Origin: Octopus bimaculoides
Lineage: Eukaryota
Length of the DNA: 64,000 nucleotides
NCBI RefSeq assembly: GCF_001194135.2
Contig: NC_069004.1
Location: forward strand, 4,860,454-4,924,453
Direction: 5' to 3'
The translations under genes were made by a program, and so were the position numbers. Each line of letters opens with the position of its first letter. Positions within the stretch are counted from its first letter, which is position 1. Shown here piece after piece: positions 39,448 to 53,907 of this stretch. Under the pieces are notes generated by a model. That model was not told the origin of the DNA. It did no database searches and worked only from the letters and a program-made list of their open reading frames with translations.

Positions 39448-40318
39448 GTATATATATGTATGTATCTACTTATCCATCTATCCATTTATTTATATATATA
39501 TATATATACATAATATGTATGTATGACTGTATATATGTCTGTATATAGGCGTGTGTGTATGTGTGCGAGCAAGTGTGTGTGATTGTTTCATCTTGACAAG
39601 TGATAGACATCTCAATCACTCTATATTATCCAGATAGCTTCCATTATGTTTGTATGCTCTGTGATGACCCACCGCTGCCCGCTCCGCTCCTCCGTCACCA
39701 CACGACTTTAATAGAGCGGCAAGACGAAGCAGACGGAATGAGATATCTGTACGTCATTAGATTAAATGACATATTCTTGTAGACACGTAGCCAACTCTCT
39801 AAGTATCGGAAACTGGATTCCAGTGACAAGCATTTTAAGATGACCAGCGACGGCATCAACTTTGAGTTTGATTTTAGACAACCTTCTCTGCAACGTTTCC
39901 CACTCAATAATTCTAACAATTCAGCAGAGATTTGAACAATTGGTATTTCATAAAATTTGATCGATTGCCATTGATGTTCATGGGTTCACCGCCTCTTTAA
40001 TGTGTCTCGCTCTTCATCCCGTTACATGACCGACAATAATCCGCCCCGCCAAGCACGCTTTCGGGATTTAGTAATTTCTTCGGTAACGATCTGAGTATGG
40101 GAAACGTTGTACCGGGTTCCACGTTCCGAGTAGCGCTCAAGGGAGACATAGGTTTATATATGAGTGTGTGTGTGTGAGTGAGTGTGGACATATTTATACA
40201 CGAAATAAGTAGAAGCTGGAATCTAACTTCACTGAGAAAATAAGATGCATGTTTATATAAATTCATATATATTATCTATTCACACACTCACACATATATA
40301 TATTAACATATATAGTTT

Positions 40319-40501
40319 TCTCTCTAGGCACAAAGTCCGAAATTTTGAGGGAGGGGGAAAATAGATTAGATCGACCCCAGTTTGTAACTAGTCCTTAATT
40401 TATGAAAGGCAAAGTCGACCTCAGCGGAATTTGAACTCAGAACGTAGCGTCAGACGAAAGCATTTCGACCGGCGTGCTAACGTCTCTATCAGCTCGCCGC
40501 C
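40319..40501 (-). mobile_element. SINE family A, near full length
   Basis: tctctaggcacaaag...aaagtcgacctcagcggaatttgaactcagaacg...cagctcgccgcc. Confidence 0.9.
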
Positions 40502-40723
40502 ATCATATATATCAAACTATGATTTTTACTTGGTGATCCTTGCTAAAGTGAATTTAAGAAGAAAATATAATATTGTCATTCTCGATGACTATATAGCAGC
40601 TTTAAATTATATATAACTTACATTTTATTGAAACACGTATACTTACACGCAGACATACACACGCATTCATATATGTATGCATGAATATGTACGTATCTAT
40701 ATGAGTACGTCGACGTATGTATA

Positions 40724-40769
<46 letters not shown>

Positions 40770-41023
40770 NNNNNNNNNNNNNNNNNNNNNNNNNNNNNNN
40801 NNNNNNNNNNNNNNNNNNNNNNNNNNNNNNNNNNNNNNNNNNNNNNNNNNNNNNNNNNNNNNNNNNNNNNNNNNNNNNNNNNNNNNNNNNNNNNNNNNNN
40901 NNNNNNNNNNNNNNNNNNNNNNNNNNNNNNNNNNNNNNNNNNNNNNNNNNNNNNNNNNNNNNNNNNNNNNNNNNNNNNNNNNNNNNNNNNNNNNNNNNNN
41001 NNNNNNNNNNNNNNNNNNNNNNN

Positions 41024-41069
<46 letters not shown>

Positions 41070-41092
41070 GTGTGTGTGTATACGTGTGTGTG

Positions 41093-41130
<38 letters not shown>

Positions 41131-41772
41131 AATACACGCACGCACACACGGATACGGGCATTTACACACGCATATATATATATATATATATGTTGCGTGT
41201 ATGCGTGTGTATCTGAGTGTGTTTGAGTGTATGTCTGTACGTGTATGTATATACATACACACACACACACACAAACACACACACATACATATACATATAC
41301 ACACATAAACGCGCCAAATGAACCGAAAAGCGTTAAGCGGTGTCATGTTATTAAAATTTCAACTTCGATTAAGTTCTATATCACACTACGTTTACCAACA
41401 CACACACTCACATTCACACGCACACACCCTTATTTATACACACACCCACATACACACACACACGCTGCTCAATCATTGACACACAGATATATAACGTATT
41501 CGATATGTTTATGTTTAATGGCTGCCTCGTGATAGTTTCCTATTACCCACGCAGTTGTAATTCATCTTTCTATAAATAGAAGCGCTTTTCCATTTTACTT
41601 CAGCTGTTAATATAACAAGTTACACTAAGGTTAAAATATTGAAACATAATTGAATATAGAGGAGAGTATTTTCCTCCAAAATTTAATCAATAGTTCTGTG
41701 TTATTGTTTTCAACAAACACTTTCTGATCGAATCACTTGCCAAAATATGAAGTAGGTTTGTGATTCTGTGTG

Positions 41773-41816
<44 letters not shown>

Positions 41817-42417
41817 NNNNNNNNNNNNNNNNNNNNNNNNNNNNNNNNNNNNNNNNNNNNNNNNNNNNNNNNNNNNNNNNNNNNNNNNNNNNNNNNNNNN
41901 NNNNNNNNNNNNNNNNNNNNNNNNNNNNNNNNNNNNNNNNNNNNNNNNNNNNNNNNNNNNNNNNNNNNNNNNNNNNNNNNNNNNNNNNNNNNNNNNNNNN
42001 NNNNNNNNNNNNNNNNNNNNNNNNNNNNNNNNNNNNNNNNNNNNNNNNNNNNNNNNNNNNNNNNNNNNNNNNNNNNNNNNNNNNNNNNNNNNNNNNNNNN
42101 NNNNNNNNNNNNNNNNNNNNNNNNNNNNNNNNNNNNNNNNNNNNNNNNNNNNNNNNNNNNNNNNNNNNNNNNNNNNNNNNNNNNNNNNNNNNNNNNNNNN
42201 NNNNNNNNNNNNNNNNNNNNNNNNNNNNNNNNNNNNNNNNNNNNNNNNNNNNNNNNNNNNNNNNNNNNNNNNNNNNNNNNNNNNNNNNNNNNNNNNNNNN
42301 NNNNNNNNNNNNNNNNNNNNNNNNNNNNNNNNNNNNNNNNNNNNNNNNNNNNNNNNNNNNNNNNNNNNNNNNNNNNNNNNNNNNNNNNNNNNNNNNNNNN
42401 NNNNNNNNNNNNNNNNN

Positions 42418-42493
<76 letters not shown>

Positions 42494-43168
42494 TATACAC
42501 ATACATATGTTCATATGTATACTGCACATTTAGACACACACATACACACACTACTGTGATGCTTCCTTTAGCAATCGAAACCGTGTCCATACCCTTGGGA
42601 TGTCCACCGAGACAGGTAAGGTCAATAATGTTAAGACACAATAATAGATACACGAAAACAAAACCAAACCTCTTCTGAATTCGCACAGATTTGACGTATT
42701 GTTGGCTATAGAGATTTGTCCGCAGCCTTGAGACTAGTATGGACAAAACAATTGTTATATAAGGAAAAGAGAACAATCATACTTGAGCGCTTGAGTTGAG
42801 ACGGCTCCATACGAACTAACTTTGAGTAGATTGGTTCAGTGTGTGGGTGGAACCAATATAACGAAACTGCATCCATACAAGCCTAAGGCTCGAGAATAAT
42901 GCTTCCTTGTGACGTTACGCCAGCCCTTCGAATATCACTCATGAGAGTTCAGTCTTTATTGATATAAGTTGAGTCAGCACCGACCCAGATATGAACTTAG
43001 TGCACTGTTCTGGGTCTCATCAGTGCACTGCAGATAATTAATAATTTTTGCGCATACATACATACATACATACATACATTAGGTGGTGGTATTAAGTTAG
43101 ACATTGCGTGGTCCAATACGGGCCGAAACTTATGTAAATATCTAAGTCTATGCAGTCATTTCCACACG

Positions 43169-43217
<49 letters not shown>

Positions 43218-44637
43218 GTATATATATATATATANNNNNNNNNNNNNNNNNNNNNNNNNNNNNNNNNNNNNNNNNNNNNNNNNNNNNNNNNNNNNNNNNN
43301 NNNNNNNNNNNNNNNNNNNNNNNNNNNNNNNNNNNNNNNNNNNNNNNNNNNNNNNNNNNNNNNNNNNNNNNNNNNNNNNNNNNNNNNNNNNNNNNNNNNN
43401 NNNNNNNNNNNNNNNNNNNNNNNNNNNNNNNNNNNNNNNNNNNNNNNNNNNNNNNNNNNNNNNNNNNNNNNNNNNNNNNNNNNNNNNNNNNNNNNNNNNN
43501 NNNNNNNNNNNNNNNNNNNNNNNNNNNNNNNNNNNNNNNNNNNNNNNNNNNNNNNNNNNNNNNNNNNNNNNNNNNNNNNNNNNNNNNNNNNNNNNNNNNN
43601 NNNNNNNNNNNNNNNNNNNNNNNNNNNNNNNNNNNNNNNNNNNNNNNNNNNNNNNNNNNNNNNNNNNNNNNNNNNNNNNNNNNNNNNNNNNNNNNNNNNN
43701 NNNNNNNNNNNNNNNNNNNNNNNNNNNNNNNNNNNNNNNNNNNNNNNNNNNNNNNNNNNNNNNNNNNNNNNNNNNNNNNNNNNNNNNNNNNNNNNNTATA
43801 TACATATATGTATAAATACATACATATACATATATATATATACGTATGTGTATATGTATGTATGAATGTATTATGTGTAGATGTATGCATTTATATACAA
43901 CGGTACGGAAGTTGTAGTTAACCCATCGTTCCATGACTTAAATTTTCATGTCTTTATCAAAACGTTTGTCAAAAGAGACATTTGTAGCTGGTCTCATCTG
44001 AATGATTGCAACAGTCTGAAACGATGCAAAGGCAAAAGGCTACGAATATAATATTATACGTGGTGATATCCGTGCTAAACTCCGCCATATTAGTCTTTAC
44101 AGCTATCGATTCTTACAAACTACCGTCTCTCTTAAAATTTAAATATTAAAAATAAAAATCATTTATATTATGATTTCGAATTTTTCGTTTACTATGTATT
44201 ATTTAGTTTCTTTTTTAAAATCTAAAATAGTGAACCAAATATCGAAAATTCAATTCCCTTTAAACTTTCAAAAACAAAACCTAAGCGATATATCTATTAA
44301 ATACGTTGTTTTAGATTCTCCCTAAGTGAAATTAGATACACATGATGTGTTTTATGGATATTTTTTCCTCCAAATTTGCTTTGTTTCCTGAAATCATATA
44401 TGCTCTGTCGATGATTTCTGCTCTCACAGGCCAAAACTCACTCATGTCAAGTACATTCTTTTGTAAAAAAAGATGGTGGAAGCTGATCTTTTGTGTTCAA
44501 CGATATATTAATACGTCAAGTCAAATTTCTTTCATATATATGCGTATACATGTATTTGTATGCATGTATGTCATATGTGTGTATGTGTATACATATGCAT
44601 TTGTACATACAGATATATATATATGTATATATATATA

Positions 44638-44885
44638 TTTACACTTTTGACCCTCTTCCCACACGTTCTGCAGAGGTCCGATGCACTTGTGTGGTATATA
44701 TTCTTTTTCACTGAGTTGGTATTCAATGCCTAGTCCTAAGCCGCCAATGATTATTCCTTTTTAGGACACTCTGCTGGAGCCACCTCCATGATGCTTTCCG
44801 GTCTGTTAATTTGTTGGTTTCACGGTGTAACTGACCATGTAATTCCAAACGCAGTAGGGTTTCTTCTCTCTCGTTGGCTGTTCTA
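44638..44885 (-). mobile_element. R4/Dong-clade fragment (region upstream of and into the zinc knuckle)
   Basis: ELHGQLHRETNKLTDRKASWRWLQQSVLK / AA*D*ALNTNSVKKNIYHTSASDLCRTCGKRVKSV. Confidence 0.8.
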
Positions 44886-44904
44886 GTTCGGAATTCATGA
44901 GCAC

Positions 44905-45225
44905 TCTGTTTCCAGGGCTCCTACAATTATTGGTGATACTACCACCTTTTTCATTGACCACAACTGCTTAACCTCCCAAGCTAACCTGTCATATCTATCG
45001 AGTTTTCTTTCTTCCTTATCGCATACCTTGTTGTCAGCTGGGCATGCTATATCTATGATCCAGCATAGTTTGCTTTCTTTCTCAATGAAGACTATGTCTG
45101 GCTTCATATTCTCTATCTCATAGTCGCACTGAATCATAAAATCATACAGGATCTTTGCATTATCATTTTCGATGATGCCTTGCGGTTTCTGGTCGCACCA
45201 ACATTTGGCTCTGTAAAGTCCACAC
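44905..45225 (-). mobile_element. R4/Dong-clade restriction-like endonuclease fragment
   Basis: KPQGIIENDNAKILYDFMIQCDYEIENMKPDIVFIEKESKLCWIIDIACPADNKVCDKEERKLDRYDRLAWEVKQLWSMKKVVVSPIIVGALET (PD-(D/E)xK-type motif). Confidence 0.9.
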
Positions 45226-45286
45226 TATTATTATTAGTAGTAATAGTATTACTATTATTATTATTATTATTATTATTATTATGATT

Positions 45287-45482
45287 GAGGCGGTGAGCTG
45301 GCACGATCATTAGCACGCTCGACGAAATTCTTAGAAATATTTCGTCCTTCTCTGTACGTTCTAAGTTGAAATCCTCCATGGCCGACTTTGCGTTTTGGCC
45401 TTTCATCTTGTAGAGATCGATGAAATAAGTAACAGTTACGCACTGGGGTCGACGAAATCTATTATCCCCTTCCAAAAAATTT
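45287..45482 (+). mobile_element. SINE family A
   Basis: gaggcggtgagctggcacgatcattagcacg...gttacgcactggggtcgacg... Confidence 0.88.
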
Positions 45483-45528
45483 TAATCCCTCCGACTATAC
45501 TACAAAGGATTATTGTTGTTGTTGGTGC

Positions 45529-45567
<39 letters not shown>

Positions 45568-45948
45568 TATTATTATTATTATTATTACTATTATTATTAT
45601 TATTATTATCATTATTATTATTATTATTATTACAATTATGTACAGTTCAGCTATTTATTAACGCTTCATGAGGTTGAAGATTATCTTGGTAATATTGAAT
45701 TCAATAAAGATGTAATTATGGACTAATCTCAACATTTATTCATTCATTTATTTATTTATTTATTTATTTATTTGATTTTTCAGGAAAAAAGAAATCCAAT
45801 ATTATTTATTTTACGGTTTTGTTTTACATAAATGTAATGTCTTTATTTGACATTTCTTTGTTTTCATACGGCTTCTAACATTTATATTATTTTTAATATT
45901 TATTTTCATATCATACACACACACACATATACATATGTGTATATATGC

Positions 45949-46014
<66 letters not shown>

Positions 46015-46051
46015 NNNNNNNNNNNNNNNNNNNNNNNNNNNNNNNNNNNNN

Positions 46052-46098
<47 letters not shown>

Positions 46099-46488
46099 AT
46101 ATTTTTGTATTGTATTTATATACATTTTATCGTATATTTGTTTATTATTCGCTTTGTTTTTCTTCTTGTATTATTAAATTTGAATTCGCTCAACTTAGCC
46201 ATTTCGAAAAAGAGAAGACATGAAAAAAAAAAGAAAAAATGATACCTCGTTCCTACCTCATTTTAAAAAATTTTCGTATTTTTTTTTTTACGTTGCTGTT
46301 ACTTTAAGTAAGGAAGATTTAGATAATGTTGTTTTCTTTTATAATTATTATTTTAGAGTATTTACGACCAAATGTTAATATCGGATATTTGATGCATCAC
46401 TAAACCAGCTAGATACACGATAAACCCTTCCAACACACATACGCATTCACAAGTTTATATATGTATGTCTGTGCGTATATATTGTGTG

Positions 46489-46521
<33 letters not shown>

Positions 46522-46548
46522 ATGTGTATGCATATATACTTATGTCTA

Positions 46549-46579
<31 letters not shown>

Positions 46580-47777
46580 GCATATATATACATATATATC
46601 TATATATATACGTTTGTGTGTGTGTCTCTGTATACGCGTCTGTGCATTCATATGTATGTATGTGTATCAGTGAGTATAAGTATATATATAATTATGCGTG
46701 TGTGTTTGTGTGTGTGTGTGTGTATAGTTATATATATATATATAATTATAAACATAAACACATATATATATGTATAGATATATACATACATTCAGATATA
46801 TACAAAGCTACTTATTTGTGAATACAGGACAGCTCACGTCTGAAAATGTGTACCCGTGTAATATATATTAAATACGTTTTTATTCATTTTCAAAGATTTA
46901 TTATTGTAAGTATTGATTATATCACAATATTGTGTTCTTAAACTTATATTTTGGTAACAGTTCAATAAGGTCGAATGGAAGGTGTTGGTGGAAAATATGT
47001 TTCAGCAGTAAAACTGAGAACGAACATTTTACCGGAATGTTTTTACCATAATTATATATATATGTGTGTGTGTATATATATATATATATATNNNNNNNNN
47101 NNNNNNNNNNNNNNNNNNNNNNNNNNNNNNNNNNNNNNNNNNNNNNNNNNNNNNNNNNNNNNNNNNNNNNNNNNNNNNNNNNNNNNNNNNNNNNNNNNNN
47201 NNNNNNNNNNNNNNNNNNNNNNNNNNNNNNNNNNNNNNNNNNNNNNNNNNNNNNNNNNNNNNNNNNNNNNNNNNNNNNNNNNNNNNNNNNNNNNNNNNNN
47301 NNNNNNNNNNNNNNNNNNNNNNNNNNNNNNNNNNNNNNNNNNNNNNNNNNNNNNNNNNNNNNNNNNNNNNNNNNNNNNNNNNTATATATATATAAGTTCA
47401 AAAAAACAATAACAAAAAAACAACAAAGTGAGGACGTGATATGGATGTGAGTGTGTGTGTGTGTGTAATTATGCACCAAAACGTGAATGCGCATTCACGA
47501 AACCGTGACATCTAAGCCACATACTGATCGGTCAAAATACTGTTCGTAATATTAAGCCTGCTGGAACCCATCGGAAGGTATTTAAAGGACAAATCTAATC
47601 ATCTCACTACAGACGGCAACCGCAGATCACGACGCTTACAACAGAAACCTGATGATTGCGTAACGCATAAAAGTACTAGTTTACATCAACATTGTTAAAT
47701 TGTAAAAACAGGAAATATTGAAAAGTGAAAATCAGACTCGGTCGGAATTTCATTGATTAATACACACACACAAACAC

Positions 47778-47816
<39 letters not shown>

Positions 47817-48084
47817 CATAGATCATATAAAGGATTACTGAATGATTTATGTAGAGTGGAAATTTATTCTTTAACAAGTATTTTATTGATAGTGACTTCG
47901 AATTTTCTGTCAGCTAATCTATCATTGGATCGATTAGCTGACAGGAAATCAGATATCATTGGATATTAAGAAATATATATTTACATGTGTGTGTCGGTGC
48001 GTGTGTGCGTATGTGTGTGTGTTTGCGCACGTGCGCATGCATGTGTGTGTGAGAGAGCTTGTGCATGCGTATGAATGTGTCTTT

Positions 48085-48285
48085 GTAATGTGTTTTCCCC
48101 CCTCCCCCCATCACCGCTTGGAAACAGGTGTTTTGTGTTTACGCCCTTGTAACTTAGCACTTCGGCGAAAGTCACCGATAGAAGTACAACTTTAAAAAAA
48201 AAAAACGAAAAGAAAATATTTCCTGGGGACGATGTTCCAGCATGAGTGCGGTCTGATCCCTGAAACTAGTAAAAGATGACAGTTA
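48085..48285 (+). mobile_element. Diverged SINE-like repeat family B (3' part)
   Basis: gtaacttagcacttcggcgaaagtcaccgatagaa...cctgggg...ccagcatg...gaaactagtaaaaga. Related tails at about 27310, 36180, 37200, 61310 and 63330. Confidence 0.55.
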
Positions 48286-49970
48286 ACAGTAAGCAATTAG
48301 TCTGCAGGGCTAAGCACGGCATTGATGAAACGGCAACTATGTCCATGTGTGCAAACATCACTGTTTCGTAAAATAGAGTACTACCTGCAGCTATTCAATT
48401 AAGAAACGAGATGCCATAGCAATGATACGTTTACTTGTGTTTGGCAATATGTGAAGTAATTAATGCACAACCTATAAATATCACTACATTTGGAAATTTA
48501 ATTTATATGCGGCTTGTGTAGGTGTCTGCGTGCGTTTGTGTCTGTATTTGTGTGTGTGTGTGTGTGTGAATAAATGCGTAAAGAATAGCTGTGAATATAT
48601 ATTGAATAAGTGCTATTTATTTGTATTTACTAACCAAATCTCTTCCTCTCGCCCTCCCGTTAGCTATCTGCATATCTAGTCACCTAGTATCTCTTTCAAT
48701 CAGTCACCGAGATTTTCCATATGCATATATATATATATATATATATATANNNNNNNNNNNNNNNNNNNNNNNNNNNNNNNNNNNNNNNNNNNNNNNNNNN
48801 NNNNNNNNNNNNNNNNNNNNNNNNNNNNNNNNNNNNNNNNNNNNNNNNNNNNNNNNNNNNNNNNNNNNNNNNNNNNNNNNNNNNNNNNNNNNNNNNNNNN
48901 NNNNNNNNNNNNNNNNNNNNNNNNNNNNNNNNNNNNNNNNNNNTATATATATGTGTGTGTGTGTACATATATTTGTGTATATATATATATATATATTTGT
49001 ATGTATATGTCTGGGAGCCAGTGAGTAAGCGTGTGCATGCGTTTGCATATAGTGATTTAATATACCGATACACCTATGTGCAGCATACACACATACGTAT
49101 ATACAACGAACATGTACATGTGTATATATGTTTGTGTGAGAGTATACTTTAATATCGAATAGAATCTGCGTGTCTGTGTATAAATAACTATGACATATAT
49201 ATGCGTGTTCGTGTACGGGTGTTTATGTATGTATATATACATATAAACATATATGTAAACATACACGCGTATATAAACCCATGACAGATGCATTTATAAT
49301 TACATATTATGCACATATTGTGTGTAGATACATGCACATACACGTAAGTATACACAAGCATGAACACTTACACATTCACATACTTGCATCTATACATATA
49401 TACACACATGTACCACACACATACATGCACACATACACTTATACATACATACATGCATAAATATGATTATATACATACATACATATAAGCACAAAAATAT
49501 ATCGCCGTGAGTGATAGAACGATTTTTAACAAAATTACATAAACAACAATTGAAAACAAATATTTCGTCTCAATGGCGACAATACGAATATGTATATGTT
49601 TTACTATAATGTATAGATTTCACTATTAATTGATAAATAATATTGCTATAACAACTTATCAATTCAATTTAAATTGTTTTTATTTATTTATCCTTCTTCC
49701 TGTTGCTTCGTCAATTATCGATTTGTAATTATAATTGAATGAGCGAGTTTCTGACAAAAATGGCGGTGATGGCGTTCGTTGTATTTTCATGGTGTGGAAT
49801 TTTATAACTAGCAATTATATTGCATCACAGGAAGTACAAGGAATACATTTTAAAATTCAGTTCTAAACCATTGGATATATAATTGATGACGTCTGGTACA
49901 TGTACACACACATACACAAACACAGACACACTCACACACACATACACGCGCACTCAGATGTATATATATA

Positions 49971-50009
<39 letters not shown>

Positions 50010-50592
50010 GAAAGAGAGAGATTAGAGACAGGTATTTCGTAGTGCTCGAGAGATTTAAACTTGAGCAGGTAGAAGAGCAAATGTGAGGACAATGTTAGGC
50101 ACGTCGGTATACGAAAAATATTAAATACATTTACTACAGAAGATGTATATATGCTTACATACAAAAAGGGTCTGTCTTCCCTGAAGACGATGGCCGGTAT
50201 TACCTGATGATGGAATTAAGTCACAATCATTATTTTGGACCATTAAGTCCCCAGAAACAGCTATTGGACGCATAAAACCCTTTTTCAACCCCTTTAATTC
50301 CTGACATATTTTCTGTTCTCTGTAAGTTTGACCTTTTTATATGTAAACATGTGTACATTTCTTAATAATAAGGAATTCTAATAAATACACGTGACCATAC
50401 AGCTTTCAAGAAACCGTCATCGATTTAATTATTTTTGTATATAACAGGTTGTGATTTTATTGAACGCTGTACAGTGAAATGCAAATGTTAAATGAACGTT
50501 AGCATACTTAATGTATCGAGTATTAAATACAGCAACAATGAATGATTGTGTAATGAGACAGAATGGCAGATGTTGATAGATTGATAGATAAT

Positions 50593-50638
<46 letters not shown>

Positions 50639-51068
50639 CAAGTGCCATGACGAAACTCTCAGCAATTCACTCACTTTGTTACTTCAGCCGATGGATATAT
50701 AATCTCCGTATTTGTATATATATATCAGAACTATGTCTAGTGTCTATATATTACGTAGGTTTATGCACATTCGTGTTCCATCTGGTATATGTAATGTAGT
50801 GAGATGGAAACCTTCGTTTTATCAAGTTAGTTTATGAATGTAGCAGAGAAGAATCTCCCTGTGGGGATAATTAAAATCAAAAGTAATATGTTAGGGGAGA
50901 TAACTCCCTTAATATCAACTTACCAAAATGTTGGAGAAAAACAAAGACAATACATATGGGAGTTGATAAATTGGTGTTTATAGGTTCTTAGTTTGAAAAT
51001 GGCGTTTGTGTTGCTTAGCTTCAGCTGAAAGACAGAAAAAAGAAGAATGAGAGTGACAGAGTCAGAAA

Positions 51069-51073
<5 letters not shown>

Positions 51074-51160
<87 letters not shown>

Positions 51161-51175
51161 GAGAAGAGAGAGAGA
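51074..51175. repeat. (GA)n polypurine tract
   Basis: Direct reading. Confidence 0.97.
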
Positions 51176-52001
51176 TTTACAAAGTCGAAGGAAGAGAGAG
51201 GGAAAAAAACAAACAAAACGCAATGCTGTAGACAATAAGTCGTACGCGTCATCGATGAATAATGGAATGCTTTACGTGTGTGCGTATGAAGACGCCTCAG
51301 TGCGTGTGTGTTTGTATGTTGTGTATATATGTGTGTATGTGTGTGTGTAAAATTAAAGTATACACGTGTGCAACCGAGTACATGCAAATTGAACCGCTCT
51401 TTTTGTCCGTGCGCATTTAATATACACACACGTGTGCGTGTGTGTGCGCGTGTAAATATTTGTATATATGCCTGACTGTGTCCATGAGCGTTCGGTACAA
51501 GTACATACACACTTACACACTCAAAACACACCCACACACACTCTCCCAAACATACACCTAGATATGCAGGATTCTGTGTGTATGCATATGTATATAAAAC
51601 AAATATTCTCTCACGTAAGTGTACACATGTCAATATATATAAATATATATATACATATGTATGTATATATGCATGTATATGTATGTATATATGTATACAT
51701 ATGTATGTATATATGCATATATATGCATGTATATATGTATATATGTATATATATGCATCTATACATATGTATATATACACACACTTACATGTGCATCTTA
51801 AACACACATATAGAGTCATATATATCTATACATAAGTATTTGCATTTTGTAAATATGAGTATATATCCAATATAGACATAATACATAAATACATAAAGCG
51901 AAAAGCACAAAAACATAAGCATATACGCACATAGCAAATAGGCTTATGTATGTGTATATATATATTAACAGATATATATATATATCTTTATATATATTAA
52001 C

Positions 52002-52105
<104 letters not shown>

Positions 52106-52962
52106 GCATATACGTACACACATCTTATAAATATATATACACTCACATTCATACACACACTCATGAGGTGCGTCGCTGTCTTAGTAATATATTAGACGCT
52201 AGAAAAAATACGCTGAAAACCAAACAATAATATTCTATACAATGATATATCGATAGTTTGAAAACCTCAATGACACATAATATTAACAAAATGGCTAACT
52301 TATTGTATTTAACTTCCCATCTAGATACAGCCATCTCTCTCCTTTCTGTTCTTGCCGCCATTTTAATTTTTTTTATAACCTTTGTGTTGTTTCTTTGTCA
52401 GGTTTGTTGCGTTTGTTTGGTTTTGTACTTTACTTTTTTTTTTGTATAGGGGTTGTTGTTGCTGTTCTTGTCGTCGTTATTATTAGTGGTGCTGGTAGCG
52501 GTGGCTTTGGCGGCGGCTGTATTTTCGTAATCTATAATTTTCATTATTGCTTACTTTATTCAAATCACGTCTACACAAACATACATACCTATGTATGCAT
52601 AAACATTTATACACACATGCAAACACACACATACACTTACAATCATACATATATATATATGTATATATGCATATATNNNNNNNNNNNNNNNNNNNNNNNN
52701 NNNNNNNNNNNNNNNNNNNNNNNNNNNNNNNNNNNNNNNNNNNNNNNNNNNNNNNNNNNNNNNNNNNNNNNNNNNNNNNNNNNNNNNNNNNNNNNNNNNN
52801 NNNNNNNNNNNNNNNNNNNNNNNNNNNNNNNNNNNNNNNNNNNNNNNNNNNNNNNNNNNNNNNNNNNNNNNNNNNNNNNNNNNNNNNNNNNNNNNNNNNN
52901 NNNNNNNNNNNNNNNNNNNNNNNNNNNNNNNNNNNNNNNNNNNNNNNNNNNNNNNNNNNNNN

Positions 52963-53002
<40 letters not shown>

Positions 53003-53628
53003 TGTGTCTATTTCTTACACATCAGCTGTTGTGTCCCGTCGTCAGTTTTGAAGTTTGTGTTCGTTTAAAATAATGATGTCTGACTGTTTGAATGTTTCGC
53101 TGAATATGTATACACTGGCCTTCAAACACATTATCAATTTTTAATCATGTATGTAAACATTCGTATATACACACACAAACACGCACATATTAAATACATT
53201 CTCTTACATATATATATATATATAGTAGTGTGCCAACGTATGTGTATTTGCGCATACAGACACAAGACACGGAAATACACACACATTCTTATAAGGCTGC
53301 ACGTGGAAACAAAAAAAAAGAATTGCTCTCCTTCTTCCCCGACACGATCTCCTTGCTCTCTTACACGATGAAATACTCTTCAATTGTACTTACTTAAACA
53401 TTCAATTCTTATCGGCCGTTTTTGCTCGATGTTGCTATATTGTTATATCGCTATGTTTCTGCTTCATTATCTTTACACACATATAAGCATCAGCCGTTCT
53501 CTGCTTCTTCTGTTATTGTTATCGTTTATTGACGCAACTCTTTGTACACATAATACAGTCATACATATATATATATATACAAACCCACAATATACTCACA
53601 CAGACAAATGAATATATGGGCATATGTG

Positions 53629-53659
<31 letters not shown>

Positions 53660-53866
53660 CACATATATTTTTATATATACATATTTATATATATGTGTGT
53701 TTGTATATATGTGTGTGTGTGTATGTATGTGTGTGTGTTCAAAATAAGAGTGCGACTGACTTATAATGATCGATGCCATGTGACACGAACTGAAGAATGT
53801 TATTTTCAAGTGGGAATAAGATATTCTCTCAAAACCATGATTCTCTCTCCTGTTCATCTGTGTGTC

Positions 53867-53907
<41 letters not shown>

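Noticed and set aside
47640-47685. CUGAUGA-U-UGCG(UAA)CGCA hammerhead-like motif
   Set aside because: G12 of GAAA is missing and stem III is unclear; too degenerate to call.
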